From the NCBI RefSeq assembly GCF_964355755.1, contig NC_092673.1:10946948-11010947 (forward strand): a stretch of 64,000 nt of DNA, written 5' to 3'. Below are positions 40,006-53,200 of this stretch, piece after piece (within the stretch, counting starts at the first letter, position 1; each line of letters opens with the position of its first letter). The translations under genes and the position numbers were made by a program. Source of the DNA: Antedon mediterranea (lineage: Eukaryota; Animalia; Echinodermata). Under the pieces are notes generated by a model that saw only the letters and a list, made by a program, of their open reading frames with translations, made no database searches and was not told the DNA's origin.

Positions 40006-40950
40006 ATGTTGACCTATAACTATAGCTACTCAAAGCTACTTAACCTGAGACAATATGCTGGAAAAATTACTACTGCGGTTGGAAGTGTTTTGAAAGACTT
40101 GGGAATTTTCCATTATAGAGGTACCCGTGGTGGACGCAAGTCAAAATTACACACAAAGAGTAATAAAAATATAGATTTCAAAAACCTTTCTAACATAAAC
40201 AAGAAAGTACAAGAAGCAGTTGGGAAACAAAAGCCTGCAAAATATTTTAATTGGCGAGCAGGACAGATTAATGTTAATACCTGCTCAGATGACTTCTTAC
40301 CTACATGAAACCCTCATTCAAATTAAAGCAGAAAACCTTGACACCGTGTGTATGCAGGAAGTGAGACGGATTGGTACCGGTGCAATCTCACATGAGGGCT
40401 ACAATGTATACTGGACTGGATTGAAAATCAAAAAGATGTATGGGGTTGCTATTGCCATTAAACAGTCACCCCATATCAAAGTGTCTAATGTTCATTATGT
40501 ATATGAACGTCTAATGGCAATAGACGTCACAATAAAAAACTGTAAATTAAGAATTGTGTCTGCGTACTCTCCTACGGAATCCGGTTCAGAATCATCAAAG
40601 GATATTTTCTATATGCAAAACTCTCCCAAAGTAAAGTCGAGAACAACACAAAACTCTTACTGATGGGAGACTTTAATGCAACATCAACAATAACAACCAG
40701 AAAATCACTCTTTGATGGAAACCTACATAGATTTCAAGACACAGATGACATTGGTAACGACAATGGCACAAGACTCATCAACTACTGCTCTGACTTCAAG
40801 CTATGCATACTGAACACCTGGTTTGAACATCCAAACGTTTATCCGATCACTTGGCATAGCAACGATGGTGTTACAAAGAAAACACTAGACTACAACATAT
40901 GTGATCACTGGTTGAGGAAGTATGTTACTGACACAAGAGTCTATAACAAC
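40006..40950 (+). pseudogene. LINE N-terminus and apurinic-like endonuclease (frameshifted)
   Basis: ORFs 40006-40308, 40220-40663 and 40663-40962 tile the APE motifs in order. Confidence 0.85.
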
Positions 40951-41373
40951 TGTAAAGTTTGACTTTATATCTTGTTTAATGGTTTAGCGCCCTCTCTAGT
41001 TATAGATAATAAGAGTTGGTCAGAGGTCATGTTTACCATGTGAATCTTTGAATTGGTGATTGATACGCACATCTTAAGAGAATTCCCGTGAAATACAACC
41101 TTAATGTAGACGTAATAGTGTAAGTTCTTTGAGTAGTGCATTCACTGTATAGCACCTTGATATTATTATATACTGTAGCTCTAAGGAGTTTTTTGTCTAG
41201 TTTGCTTTTGGTAACTTTACAGTGGTGTAGGCCTAGGCCTAGCTTTGTTTTAGGCTTAGCCTTTAGATGCATGTGTTTATGTAATTTGTTATTGTTGCAG
41301 ATTTCGAACATCTGATCATTGTTGAATTAAAGTTGTTTGGAAACGTTAACGTGTGACACGGGTCTTCTTTACA
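40951..41373 (+). repeat. 5' LTR
   Basis: TGTAAAG...CTTTACA termini; direct repeat of 45427-45849. Confidence 0.95.
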
Positions 41374-41577
41374 TTCGAAATACTGTGTTCTACGTGCACA
41401 GTGAGAAGTGACAGCACTCTGCTGACCTGTTTATGAACCTGCTCATCACGCACTCAAGTTACCGTTCTTTCGGTGTGATACCAATATTTGACTGCGCCAG
41501 GAGCTACATCCTTGTATTACTGTATACACAGAACTGTATTCACTTGAATCACCGACTTTAATTTTATTCTATAAAAC

Positions 41578-44500
41578 ATGGCTGACCCCGATTATAAGAA
41601 ATTGAGACGTATTGCCAAGGGACGTTTTACAAGAATTTGTAATTCTATCGTCGCCGCAATTGACCAGAATAAAACAATAGAATATGTACATATGCTGAAT
41701 GCTGACTTGAAGGAAGCCTGGAAATCAGTAAACGATCGACATGAATCAGTAGTTTTACAGTCTGCAAAGGACGAAGAGGAGAATGAGAATTGGATTGGCC
41801 AACTAGAGAAGACATATGATGAAGTAAGAGAAATGATACTTAGACACAAAACACGCATTAATGAACAGCACATAGATTCTGAGGCAATTGACAGAAGGCA
41901 TCTGCAGGAGGAAGAAGTCCAAATATCAGCAATGAGAGCGAAAAACGTTCGTAGCATACAACATGATGATTTTCAACAACTTTGCGATCAGGTAATCCAA
42001 TTGATTAACAAGAATTCTGTTGAGGGTGTTAAAGCTGCAAGGGCTGACCTTGTAAAATTGATGGAAGACGTAAAAACTGCACATATGCAATACGTTTCCA
42101 TGCTTCCCAATGAAGAGGCAATAAATGAAAATCTGTGGCTCCAGTCAGTACGTGATAAGTACGGCGAGACCAGTAGTGCTGTTGCTATATTTTTGGAGCA
42201 CCTCGACAAAAGCAAAACTCAGAAGACAGTAGATGAAAAGAGAAAAGGCGGTATACAATTGGAAAAAATGCGATTGCCAACCTTTGACGGAGATGTAAGG
42301 GCCTACCCTAGATTCAAAACAGACTTTCTAAAATTCATTTTGCCTGAGACCACAAGGGATCAAGCAGCATTCGTTTTGCGGAAATCTCTTGGAGAAAAAC
42401 CTCTACAAGTTGTAGGCGCCGTAGATGATGATATCAACGAAATATGGAAGCGATTGGATGAGCGGTATGGCGACCCAATAAAATTAGCAGATGCCGTTAT
42501 GCATGACTTTGAAAGTATCGACTCACTCAAAGATGGAGACGACAAAAGATTTGTTGAGTTTGTCGACATCATCGAGAGAGGTCATAATGACCTACGGAAA
42601 TTAGGAATGGAGAAGGAAATGTCCAACACCAGAGTGGTTAGTGACATTGAGAGGAGATTGCCACCTGCTATTCGAAGAGAATGGTCACGGTCATTATATG
42701 ATGAAAAAGCAGTAATTGATAGAACTGACAGATTTCCTGCGCTTCTTAAATTTTTAGTGAGGGAAAAGAAAAGTGTAGAATACGAAGTGTCGGGAACGAG
42801 ATCGAAGCCGTCTTCGCGCTTTACCATTAACACCACAAACGTTGAAGAGAGAAACGACGCACCCAAATCTGAAAACAACAAGAACTGCTTAGTCCATGAC
42901 ATGGGCCAGCATACCACGCCTGAATGCCGGGCTTACATTGCAATGAACCTATCTGACAAAACACAACTTGTTAGGGCCAAGGGTGCATGTTTTGGCTGCC
43001 TAGTAAGAGGGCATCGTATAGCTGAATGCAAAAACAAACGACAATGTGGTGTATCTGAATGTTCACGCTTACACCACTCAAGCCTACATGACGATAATGT
43101 TGGAGACAATAGTCAACCCAAAACAACATTAAATCACCACACGGGGGTCGCCACTTCTAAACAAACTGTAGCCTGCCTTTTGCAGTTGATGAGCATAAAG
43201 GTGGGAGCTGGGCATATGAATGTCTTGTTTGATGGCTGTGCAACGGCATCTCTCGTAACAAACAAATCGGCAAGGGCAGCCAAGCTTAAGGGTCAGCCTC
43301 TGAAAATTGCCATTACGAAGATTGGAGGACTAACAGAGGAAATAGACAGTTTCCATTATATTGTACCTCTAATCGACAAACAGGGATCCGTGATCAACAT
43401 ATCTGCATACGGTATTGACCAGATTACGTCAAATATAGAATGCATAGCAGTGCAGCATGTAGTGGGACTATTCAGTAAAGTCCGATTTGAAGAGATCAAG
43501 CGACCAACTGGCCAAGTTGACTTGCTTGTAGGATACGAGTACGCAGGTTATCACCCAATAAGAATGGAAGCTGCGGAACATCTACTTTTGCTCGAGAACC
43601 GATTTGGAAAATGCTTGGGCGGTTCACATCCAACCCTAAAAGAAAATACAACAACGCTTGTAAAGACTGCAGCATTAATACATCATGTTACAACTTGCAG
43701 TTTGGATTCATTTATTAAGATGGCAGGAATGGGTGTTCAGTGCAACCCTCAATGTGGTAGCTGTCGTTGTGGGAGATGTCCCGTTGGCGCAAAGGAATAC
43801 ACACTGAAGGAAGAAAGGGAATTGGCGTTGATCGAGAAAAATCTCAAATTTTGTGGTTCTCATTGGATTGCAGAATATCCCTGGGTTAAAGACCCAGCTG
43901 AATTGCCAAATAATCGAAACGCCGCACTTTTCGCTCTAAAATCTCTTGAGAATAGGTTAAAAAAGGATCCAGAGAAGGCTGTTGCATACAACACGAAAAT
44001 GAAAAACATGTATAAAATGAAAAAAATTGCCGGCGCTTTAAATGTTCTAACAGCAAATGACATCAATGAAGCCGAACTCTTGTGGATTATCGAGTGCCAA
44101 AAACCAATAATGGACATGCTCATAAACAATGAAAAACGATTCGATGACCAGTATGCTAAGCTATCACCTAGAGTACAAGATGATGGTGTGATTGTAGTAG
44201 GAGCTCGTGCGCAGAGGCATATTAACTTTAGCTACAACAACCAAGAAGTACCGCTATTGACAGCAAACCATCAATTTTCGAAACTATATGTTACACATGC
44301 ACATAATAGGAGTCATTGTGGTGTACAGTCTACCGTATCCCTTGTTCGTTTGAGGTATTGGATTCTGAATTTACAGAGATTAGCCAAAAGCATCAGACAC
44401 CATTGTGTTCCTTGTAGGAAGAGAGAGAAAGACATGTCCGGACAACAGATGGGACAATTACCTATTGAGCGATTGAAGCCCTCTCCACCATGGTCATTCA

Positions 44501-45407
44501 TCGGTGTTGACTTGTTTGGTCCATTTATAACTCGTGGCGAAGTAAACAAGAGAGCAAGAGGAAAAGCTTATGGAATCATATTCACCGGTTTTGTTACTCA
44601 AGCCGTATATCTAGACCTCGCCACGGACTACAGCACAACTGGATTTCTACAAGCATTTCGTAGATTTGTGTCCATAAGAGGATACCCCACTGAGATATAC
44701 AATCAATTAGTTTCTGCTTCGAAGGAGTTAAAAGGGGTAATTGACGGATGGCAGGAGAGTGATCTTCATGATTTCGGCATCACCAAAGGTACTACTTGGA
44801 AGTTTTCAGCCGCGGATTCTCCCTGGCAAAATGGAGTAACAGAGATACTGAACAAAGGTATAAAGAAAGGTATACATCATGCCATTGGTGGACAAGTTCT
44901 TCCATTTAACGAATTACAAACCGTGCTATTTGAGGTAGCCAACTTGGTTAACGAAAGGCCAATTGGGAGACATCCAACCGATCCCGAAGATGGGGCATAC
45001 TTATGTCCAAATACGATTTTATTGGGACGTGCTACAACCAGAGTACCGAGTGGACCATGGAGAGCTACCAATAACATTAGAAACCGTATCGAATTTGTAC
45101 AAAGCTTAATAAAGTCTTTCTGGGTTAAATGGAACAGAGATTACTTCCCATCATTAATAGTTAGACAAAATGGCATCATGAGAAGAGAAATATGCAGATC
45201 GGAGATGTCGTGTTGGTGCAGGATAGCAACACCGCCCGTGGGAAATGGAGGATGGGATTGGGTTCCAGTGTGTATCCAGACATAAACGGAAAAGTGAGAA
45301 CGGTGCAAGTTGAATTAAGAAATGAAGATAGAAATGCGAAGCAGACTGTAACTCGTGCAGTGCAACGATTGATCGTTCTAGTGGCAGTAGACGACATTGA
45401 TGAATAG
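41578..45407 (+). CDS. BEL/Pao Gag-protease-integrase polyprotein lacking RT/RNase H; C-terminus continues in another frame (45192-45407)
   Basis: Gag LPTFDG, three Cys/His knuckles, protease-like VLFDGCA, integrase HNRSH...CVPC, GVDLFGP, PWQNGVTE, and C-terminal GDVVLV...GKVRTV after a frameshift near 45170. Confidence 0.9.
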
Positions 45408-45426
45408 TTTGTTTCGTGGGGCGGAA

Positions 45427-45849
45427 TGTAAAGTTTGACTTTATATCTTGTTTAATGGTTTAGCGCCCTCTCTAGTTATAGATAATAAGAGTTGGTCAGA
45501 GGTCATGTTTACCATGTGAATCTTTGAATTGGTGATTGATACGCACATCTTAAGAGAATTCCCGTGAAATACAACCTTAATGTAGACGTAATAGTGTAAG
45601 TTCTTTGAGTAGTGCATTCACTGTATAGCACCTTGATATTATTATATACTGTAGCTCTAAGGAGTTTTTTGTCTAGTTTGCTTTTGGTAACTTTACAGTG
45701 GTGTAGGCCTAGGCCTAGCTTTGTTTTAGGCTTAGCCTTTAGATGCATGTGTTTATGTAATTTGTTATTGTTGCAGATTTCGAACATCTGATCATTGTTG
45801 AATTAAAGTTGTTTGGAAACGTTAACGTGTGACACGGGTCTTCTTTACA
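45427..45849 (+). repeat. 3' LTR
   Basis: Same length as the 5' LTR; both give the identical 92-aa antisense ORF in the track. Confidence 0.95.
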
Positions 45850-45854
45850 ACAAC

Positions 45855-48100
45855 TATTATCTTTCGTCAGATCATAGAATCCTTGTGAGTAATATGACAA
45901 CACCAGCTAACAAAGCAGCCAGGTGGAAGAAGCATAAAAAGAAAAAACAGAGCAAGAGAGCCAACATGAGTAAACTTAAAGAAGAAAGAAATTAATAAAA
46001 TTACTTCTCCTGAAAAGACAACCACTACATCAACTGATTGCTATACAGCACTTATGAAAGTGCTAAATAAGGCAGTTGAAGAAGTCCCGAAGAAAACAAG
46101 AAACCAAAATGCTCATCCCCAGGATGGTGATGAAAGACTACAACAGCTTATAAAAGAAAGAAAGAATATTAACAAAAGCACAGTTACCTACAAAGAAGAG
46201 GAGATCAAGGCTATGCAGAAAGCAATTAAGATAAGGGTGAAGGAACTACGGAATGAATATTTGTATGAAGAAGCAAGCAAGTTAAATGAAGCCCACCAAA
46301 ATAGAAAAATTTTTGATTTATGGAGAAAAGCTAAGGAGCACGGTGATGTTATAAGAAAAGCACCAAAGCCTATAAAATGTCCAGGATTACGTGAACACTT
46401 TAAAGATCACTTTAATCCAGACCAATCTAGCCTTAAAATTCCAGATGAAATTAGCACACCTCCAGAATATATAATCAACCTGAGACAACCAGAATTTGAG
46501 ATAGACGATGATCCTCCGTCCAAGAAAGAAATTATTGATGCAATCGGACATCTAAAAGGTCGCAAAGCAACCCTAGATGTCGCTTCTGAAATGTTGCAAG
46601 TCGCCACAGAGAACCCAGTATTCGTCGACCATGTACATAGACTGTTTGAGGAAATTTGGAGAACCAAAGAAGTACCAAGTGATGGGGACTGTCCAAATTA
46701 ACAACCATTTGTAAAAAAAAAGGCAGTACACTTGATCCATCAATGTATAGAGGAATATCGATTGGGTCTACTTTTTCAAAGATACTTATGATTATCATTC
46801 TTTCACGTTTTTCCATCTTTTATGAAAGTCAACTTCTACGCACACAGTTTGGATTCAGGTCCAACAGAGGGTGCAATGATGCTATATATGTAATCAAGCA
46901 GATCCAGGAAATTGCATATCGCTCAAATCGCAAACTCTATACATGCTTCATTGATTTAACAGCAGCATTCGACCATGTGAATTGTAATCTTCTTTTTCTA
47001 AGCGTTCGTAATAGATTTCACTTAAACCAGTCTACTACTATAATTGACATAATACAATCACTGTACAGCTCAACAAAAGCATACCTTGCTGACGACGATC
47101 CGAGAGATGATAAGTTCGAAACATCTTCTGGTGTGCGACAGGGTGGTATTGAGAGTACCAGCATGTTTAACCAATATTTTGATTACGTTATTAGTGTGTT
47201 CAAACAACGCTGTAAAGATGCTAGTTTGGATGGCCTAATGATACAATACCTAATTCCTATTGAAGCTACAAATCGTGCTCAAAGACGTAAAGCACCGTCA
47301 AGGGGCATCTATGACGACTTTGAAAGTGGCTATGCTGACGATTTTGCTGTAAGCTCCTGGTCACAAGAAGAACTGCAAACCATTGTGAACACCTTGAATG
47401 AAGTTTGTCTGGAATTTGGTGTAAGAATTAGTGCCCCAAAAACAGAAACCATTATATGGAACTGGAAAGAGGAAGTTGAAGAATACCCAAGATGCATCAT
47501 ACAAATTGGTGGCGTACACATTAACAACGTAACACACTTTAGATACCTTGGTGTAAGGGCTACCTACAATGATGTTCATATTGGAGATCAAGAAGTAAAA
47601 TACAGAATCAATTCAGCCAAAGGAGCATTTGCAGAGAATAGGGCATTGCTTACCAACAGAACGATCCACCTACAAACAAGAATGATGTTTCTTAATGGTC
47701 TAGTTAGGAGTAGACTCACCTATGGTTGCCATGCTTTGAGGGTAACAGGAAGTGAAATGTCCAAACTTAGCACAACATACAAAACCTTCCTAAGAAGAAT
47801 GCTAGTGAATGGCTTTCAAAGGATCTGCCCACCAAACCATGTAGACATATCCTGAGATGAAGAAACAGATGAAAACTATATAGACTGACGTTACGTAATT
47901 GATAATGACGATCTCTACAAAATTACTGGCTGTCAACCGCTAGAAGAATATGTCTACAAGCAACAATTCAACTGGATCGGACATGTAATTAGAAAAGAAA
48001 ATGAAGATCCTACAAAAATTCTTACTTTTCACACAACACAAAGTAAACGAAGAGGTCGGAATTAGATACCATCAGTACTTGATAGAGTTGTACAACAAAG
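45855..48100 (+). pseudogene. LINE linker + reverse transcriptase (main frame 46743-47855)
   Basis: YRGISI, QFGFR, FIDLTAAFDHV, GVRQGG, YADD, FRYLG. Confidence 0.9.
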
Positions 48101-48589
48101 TTAACTTACTAGATGCAACTTTATTGGAGCCTGCTTCAACAGAAATTTATAATTCCCAGCAATGTTTTAACTGTATATATGAACTGTTTTATAAGTTGTT
48201 TTGTGACTGTGCAATTTGGTAGTAGTCACTCTGATACTGTACATTTAAAAGTAACATTTATCCAAATGCCAACTTTAAGTCAATGGCTACCAGATGTCTC
48301 TGTGAGATGGTTATTTGTACCAGTACCAGTATCTTCAGGACCATAGTCACCAGTATGGTTGGTAAGTTTTCAACCTGTCAACTTTTGGCAGAAGCTTGAA
48401 GGAAATACAGATACAGCTCATTCACAAGATTTTTCATAGGCAGCATTAACTCCTACTTCTTATCTTCTACAATCTCAGCCGATTTCATTAGATATGTACC
48501 CCCTACAGATAGACCACCATTATACACTGGTTTGATGAGTGCACATGGTTGTGGTATAAAAAATCATGTACTAGGGAAAGACAAGAATG

Positions 48590-48890
48590 CCTGGTGATGA
48601 CTATTGGCCGAGATGAATGGAGGTGGACAGAGATGACATCGGCAGGGGTTCGAGGCTCACTCACTCCATGGTTCTGGTGGTAGAACGAGTCTTCTCGGAT
48701 AAGGACTATAAACCGTAGGTCCAGTGTACACATCTAGCTCGTGTGCACTTTAAAGAACCTAGTACATCTTTCGAGACGAGTAGGGGGTTACCCCGGTGTA
48801 TTAGTACATCACAGCCACTGATCACCAACTGGGCCCTCTGGGAGACCAGTCTTTGACTGAAGAGGTTACCCAGTATAAATATAAATTTCA
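48590..48890 (+). mobile_element. tRNA-headed SINE with a Deu/Nin-like central domain
   Basis: A-box-like TGGCCGAGATG (48605), B-box GTTCGAGGC (48648). Then CGGATAAGGACTATAAACCGTAGGTCC...TTAAAGAACC...TTCGAGACGAGTAGGGG resembling the Deu/Nin core from memory. AT-rich tail. Confidence 0.55.
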
Positions 48891-49129
48891 ATTCAAGAAG
48901 CAATTATTATGTCGACCCGGTGAACTATATGGCTTTTGGACATGTAGCATTGTGAAAATAGTGTTGAGGCCAGTGCTTTTTTTTAAACTGAACTTGTATT
49001 ACCTATACAACCAGTGACACAAATATCTTAAAATGGAAAACATCTCTAAAGGACAGAAGCACACTAATTCTGCTTTCTCTCTACAACTTGCTTCTACAAA
49101 TGCAGACAGAGAAAGAGATTCTAAGTTTT

Positions 49130-50269
49130 TGATATTCATAAATGACAAGTTTTCTGTAAGTAATGTCGTTGATTTAATAATGTTTGCAGATGATACGAAT
49201 ATGTTTTTACAACACAATGATATCGTCACTGCCTTTACAATAATGACAAATGAACTAAATAAAATTGAGAAATGGTGTAAAACTAATAGATTAAATATTA
49301 ATACAATCAAGACTACATATTTAGTGGAAAGAATACAAACATTGACACATCCCAATTTGTACTTTCAATAAATAGAGTTTCAATAGATAGAGTACCATAT
49401 ACTAAATTTCTCGGTGTCATCATTGATGAGAAACTGAACTTTAGACACCATACAAATGCAGTTTCTTGTAAAGCATCCTCAATAATTGGTGCCATGTGTC
49501 ATATAAAAAATTTAGTATCTACTGAAGTGTTACTTACCATATACAAGACACTTATATTACCAGTGTTGACATATGGTATTATTGTATGGGGTGCGGGAAA
49601 CAAAGAAAATTTGGATTGCCTTCTTTTGCTTCAGAAAAGAGCTCTTAGGATTATTTGTAAGTTAGACTTTCATCATCCCTCTTCTCAGCTCTTTGTGAAA
49701 ACGGGCACATTTAATATATTTGATTTGTATAAAAACAGTGTTTTAAATTTTATGTTTAAATACCAAAAAGGACAACTTCCAAAATGTTTTAATTCTTATT
49801 CAGTTTACCGTATTTGATAATTAATATACATATAACACTCGAAATAAAGACAATTATTGTATAAAATTAAAATCAACTAATATGGGTCAGCAAAGTATAG
49901 CATATAGAGGACCTAAGCGATGGAATCAACTTATAAGAAATATAAGAGAGAGTGAAAATATATCAATATTTAAAAAACTATTACTAAATAAATGCATTAA
50001 TAGTTATAAAGAAACAATATATCTTTGCGAAAACAACATTTGTAAAATATGTCTAACATTAACTTAATTAATTACATTTTCGTATATATTCTGAGACTGT
50101 GAAGTATATATATATATATATATATTATATTATAGTACGTTGTATTTTCCTTCATTTATTTACTACATGAAAACAATTTTGTAATATATTTGTAAATTTA
50201 TATTTTAAGTTAGGGTGCCACAGATTAAAAGCTTTGCTTGCTTGTGGTTACCCTGTTTTTCACACTTTA
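49130..50269 (+). pseudogene. 5'-truncated CR1/L2-group LINE (RT C-terminal half + 3' UTR)
   Basis: MFADDT, KFLGVIIDEKLNF, YKTLILPVLTYGIIVWG, LQKRALRII, YRGPKRWNQL...FKK. Confidence 0.85.
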
Positions 50270-53200
50270 TTAGGTGATCATTTAGAATAAAATGATCACC
50301 TATTGTTATTGTATGAAATCTTTATTGGTTATCCGCAACTTGTTGCGGATAACCCTTGTGATTGTAAATATCTTTTTCATCTTCTTTGTTATTAGTTATC
50401 CTCTTAGTAGCGGATAACTCCTTGTAATCGTCCTGTTACTTTTTTTTTTTTTTTTTCTTATTTCTTTCTCTTCCATTTTTGTATCTCACGTATCTCAAAA
50501 ACTTGTAAACATAACATTTCATAACTTTGTCGACATATGGGCATTTACGTGAAGTTGTGCACCTCCTATTTTTGAATGACGTCAGAGTTGCGCAACGTGA
50601 CTTACGTGTGATTTTATGATTTTTTATGATTGATCATAGGCTAAAAACCAAGCATTATTTTGTTTTGATACTTTCTGAAAATTTAAGTCATATCAAGGGC
50701 AAACTTTTTGTGGATTAAAAATGCCATGTTTTACAAGACGTTACGCGCGCACGCGCATTTCTCCTCTGTTTTTGTGTCTTGCTTATATCAAAAATGTGTA
50801 AACATAACATTTCATAACTTTGTCAACATATGGGCATTCACGTGAAGTTGTGCACCAGCTACTATTGTGAATGACGTCAGAAATGCGTAACGTGACTTAC
50901 GCGTGATTTTATGAATTTCCCGTATTTAACATAGATTGAAAACCATATAACAATTTAAGTTGAAATCAACTTTCTACGCTGATCATAACATTTTGAGCAT
51001 GTCAAAAATTCCCACGCGCGCGAACAATCTTACGCGCGTGGTCCGCACGTAGCGCTAAAAACATCTTTTTTGCGTGAATTATGTTTTTTCAGCCTTTTAT
51101 AGTAATTTTATCAACTTTTAAAACAATTTAGACTTAAAATTACGTCATACGAGCACGTCGAATTGTACAATTTGTGCGTGTTTTTAATGAAAAAATTCAA
51201 AAATTTGTCAAAATTATGCCTTTTTTTAAACAATCATAGATTCTAAACTACGAGGTAAACTTTTTTTTACTTACATATTCTGGAAGGTGATGAGTTGTAG
51301 ATGTCGGATCATTAATCAATATGGTTAACCGGACATTGTGACGTCATCGTATGGCCACACGAATGTAAAATATATGATTTTTGTCTCTTTCGTTATTGCT
51401 CCTCACATTAAATGGAGCGCATCACCGTTATCTGTATTCTTTTTTTTCCGAGATTTTAATATTGTCTAGGTCAATCAACTATCTTATGCATGTGTTAAAA
51501 ATATTTAATTTTTATGACATCATCATGCCTAAAAATTTAAATTAGGTGTATACAGATTATACTGTGTACTTTAAAATGTATATACTATATGACACAAAAT
51601 AGACAGAATTTAGCACTAACAACATATCATATTCTTCAGTTCAGGTCATAATGCCATAATCTTTTTCTGTGTGCAACATTCCAACGTATGACGTGCACGT
51701 GGCGTTTGTCGAGCGGATAACTAACTCGTCAAAGTGACGAGTTTCATGTCTAGTTAGTTATCCGCTTAGTAGCGGATAACTCCTTGTAATCGTCCTGTTT
51801 CATCATATTTTTTTTTTTGGTTATCCGCAACTTAGTTGCAGGATAACCCATGTGATTGTAAATATCTTTTTTTTTCATCATCATCTTCTTTGTTCTTCTT
51901 TCTTTCCCTGATTTTTGTGAGCAGCATATCCCCTATAGCTTATGAATATAACTTTTGTATAACTTTGTCATTATATGGACATTTACCTGAAGTTGTGCAC
52001 CTCCATATTTTGAATGACGTCAGAGTTGCGCAACATGACTTACGCGCGATTTTATGAATTTCAATGATTGATCATAGGATAAAAAATAAAAGTCATTTTG
52101 AATTGACACTTAGTGAAAATTTTAGTTATATTAAGGGCAAACTTTCTATGGATTAAAAATGGCATGTTTTACAAGAAGTTACGCGCGCACGCGCATTTAA
52201 AGTTTCAAAATGCGCAAAATTGATTTCTAATCAACTTTCTACGCTGATCATGACATTTTGAGCATGTCAAAAATTCCCCCGCGCGCGAACAAATTTACGC
52301 GTATGGTGCGCACGGAGCATGAAAATCATGTTTTTTTCTCTTGAATTATGATTTTCCAACCTTTCCTAGTCATTTTAAAAAAGATTGACATTATTTGAAA
52401 TTAAAATGACGTCATACGAACACGTTGATTTATACAATTTGCGCACGTTTTAGTTGAAAAAGTTATAAATATTGTCAAAATAATGCCAATTTTGAATCTA
52501 TTATAGCTCCTCAGGATCATCCACGACCCCCAATTTTTTTAATTTTATATGTAAGTAGATATGTTGTAGATATGAATTCATGCAGAATCTTTACCCCTAG
52601 GATGTTATAACGTCATCGTATGGCCACACGAATGTAAAATATAGGGTTTTTTACTCTTTCGTTATTGCTCATCACATTAAATAGAGCGCATCTCACTTTT
52701 AGGTGCCCAAAATTCTTCAAATTTGTTTTAATGTAATTATTTAGATAATTATCTTCTAAAATTGTTATCTTTATATGTCAATTTGATGACGTCATCATGT
52801 TAATAATTGGATTTAAAAGATGGGTCTCGTAATTTTGTCTATGCTACACTGTATATAACATATACAGTTTATTCTGTAAAATACTGTAATATGATATATG
52901 CTACATAATAGGTACAATTCAGCACTGTAAACATATTTATTTCATGTCATAGGATGGTATAATAATTGTCGAGGTTCATATGGTTAAGTATGTGCATGTT
53001 GCGTTTGCGCGGATAACCCGAACTCGTCAAAGTGACAAGTTCAAATCTTGTAATCGTCCTGTTTCATCATCTTTTTTTTTTTTTTTTTCTGTATTATACT
53101 TCTTTCCTTTTGTCATTTTTGTGCGTCGCGTTTCTCTAAAACGTGTAAACAGAACATATCGTAACTTTGTCAACATATCGACATTTACGTGAACTTGTGC

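Larger units (their letters stand above)
40951..45849 (+). mobile_element. BEL/Pao LTR retrotransposon, internally deleted
   Basis: 423-bp TG...CA LTRs, 5-bp target duplication ACAAC (40946-40950, 45850-45854), purine tract GTGGGGCGGAA before the 3' LTR, BEL-type polyprotein. Confidence 0.95.
39650..48220 (+). mobile_element. Near full-length decayed LINE (APE endonuclease + RT; RTE/RTEX-like), split by the BEL/Pao element
   Basis: APE motifs INVN, MQEVR, AYSPT, GDFNA, LDY before 40950 and SDHRIL after 45854. RT in 46743-47855. WIGHVIR near 47975. Several frameshifts and stops; outer boundaries approximate. Confidence 0.85.

Noticed and set aside
41033-41311. 92-aa antisense ORF present twice
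   Set aside because: It lies in the LTRs; duplication reflects LTR identity, with no sign of coding function.
41592-47591. Antisense ORFs over the BEL and LINE coding regions
   Set aside because: Shadow frames of real sense-strand ORFs.
48595-48670. tRNA gene
   Set aside because: A/B-box-like motifs are present but I could not fold a cloverleaf; better explained as a SINE head.
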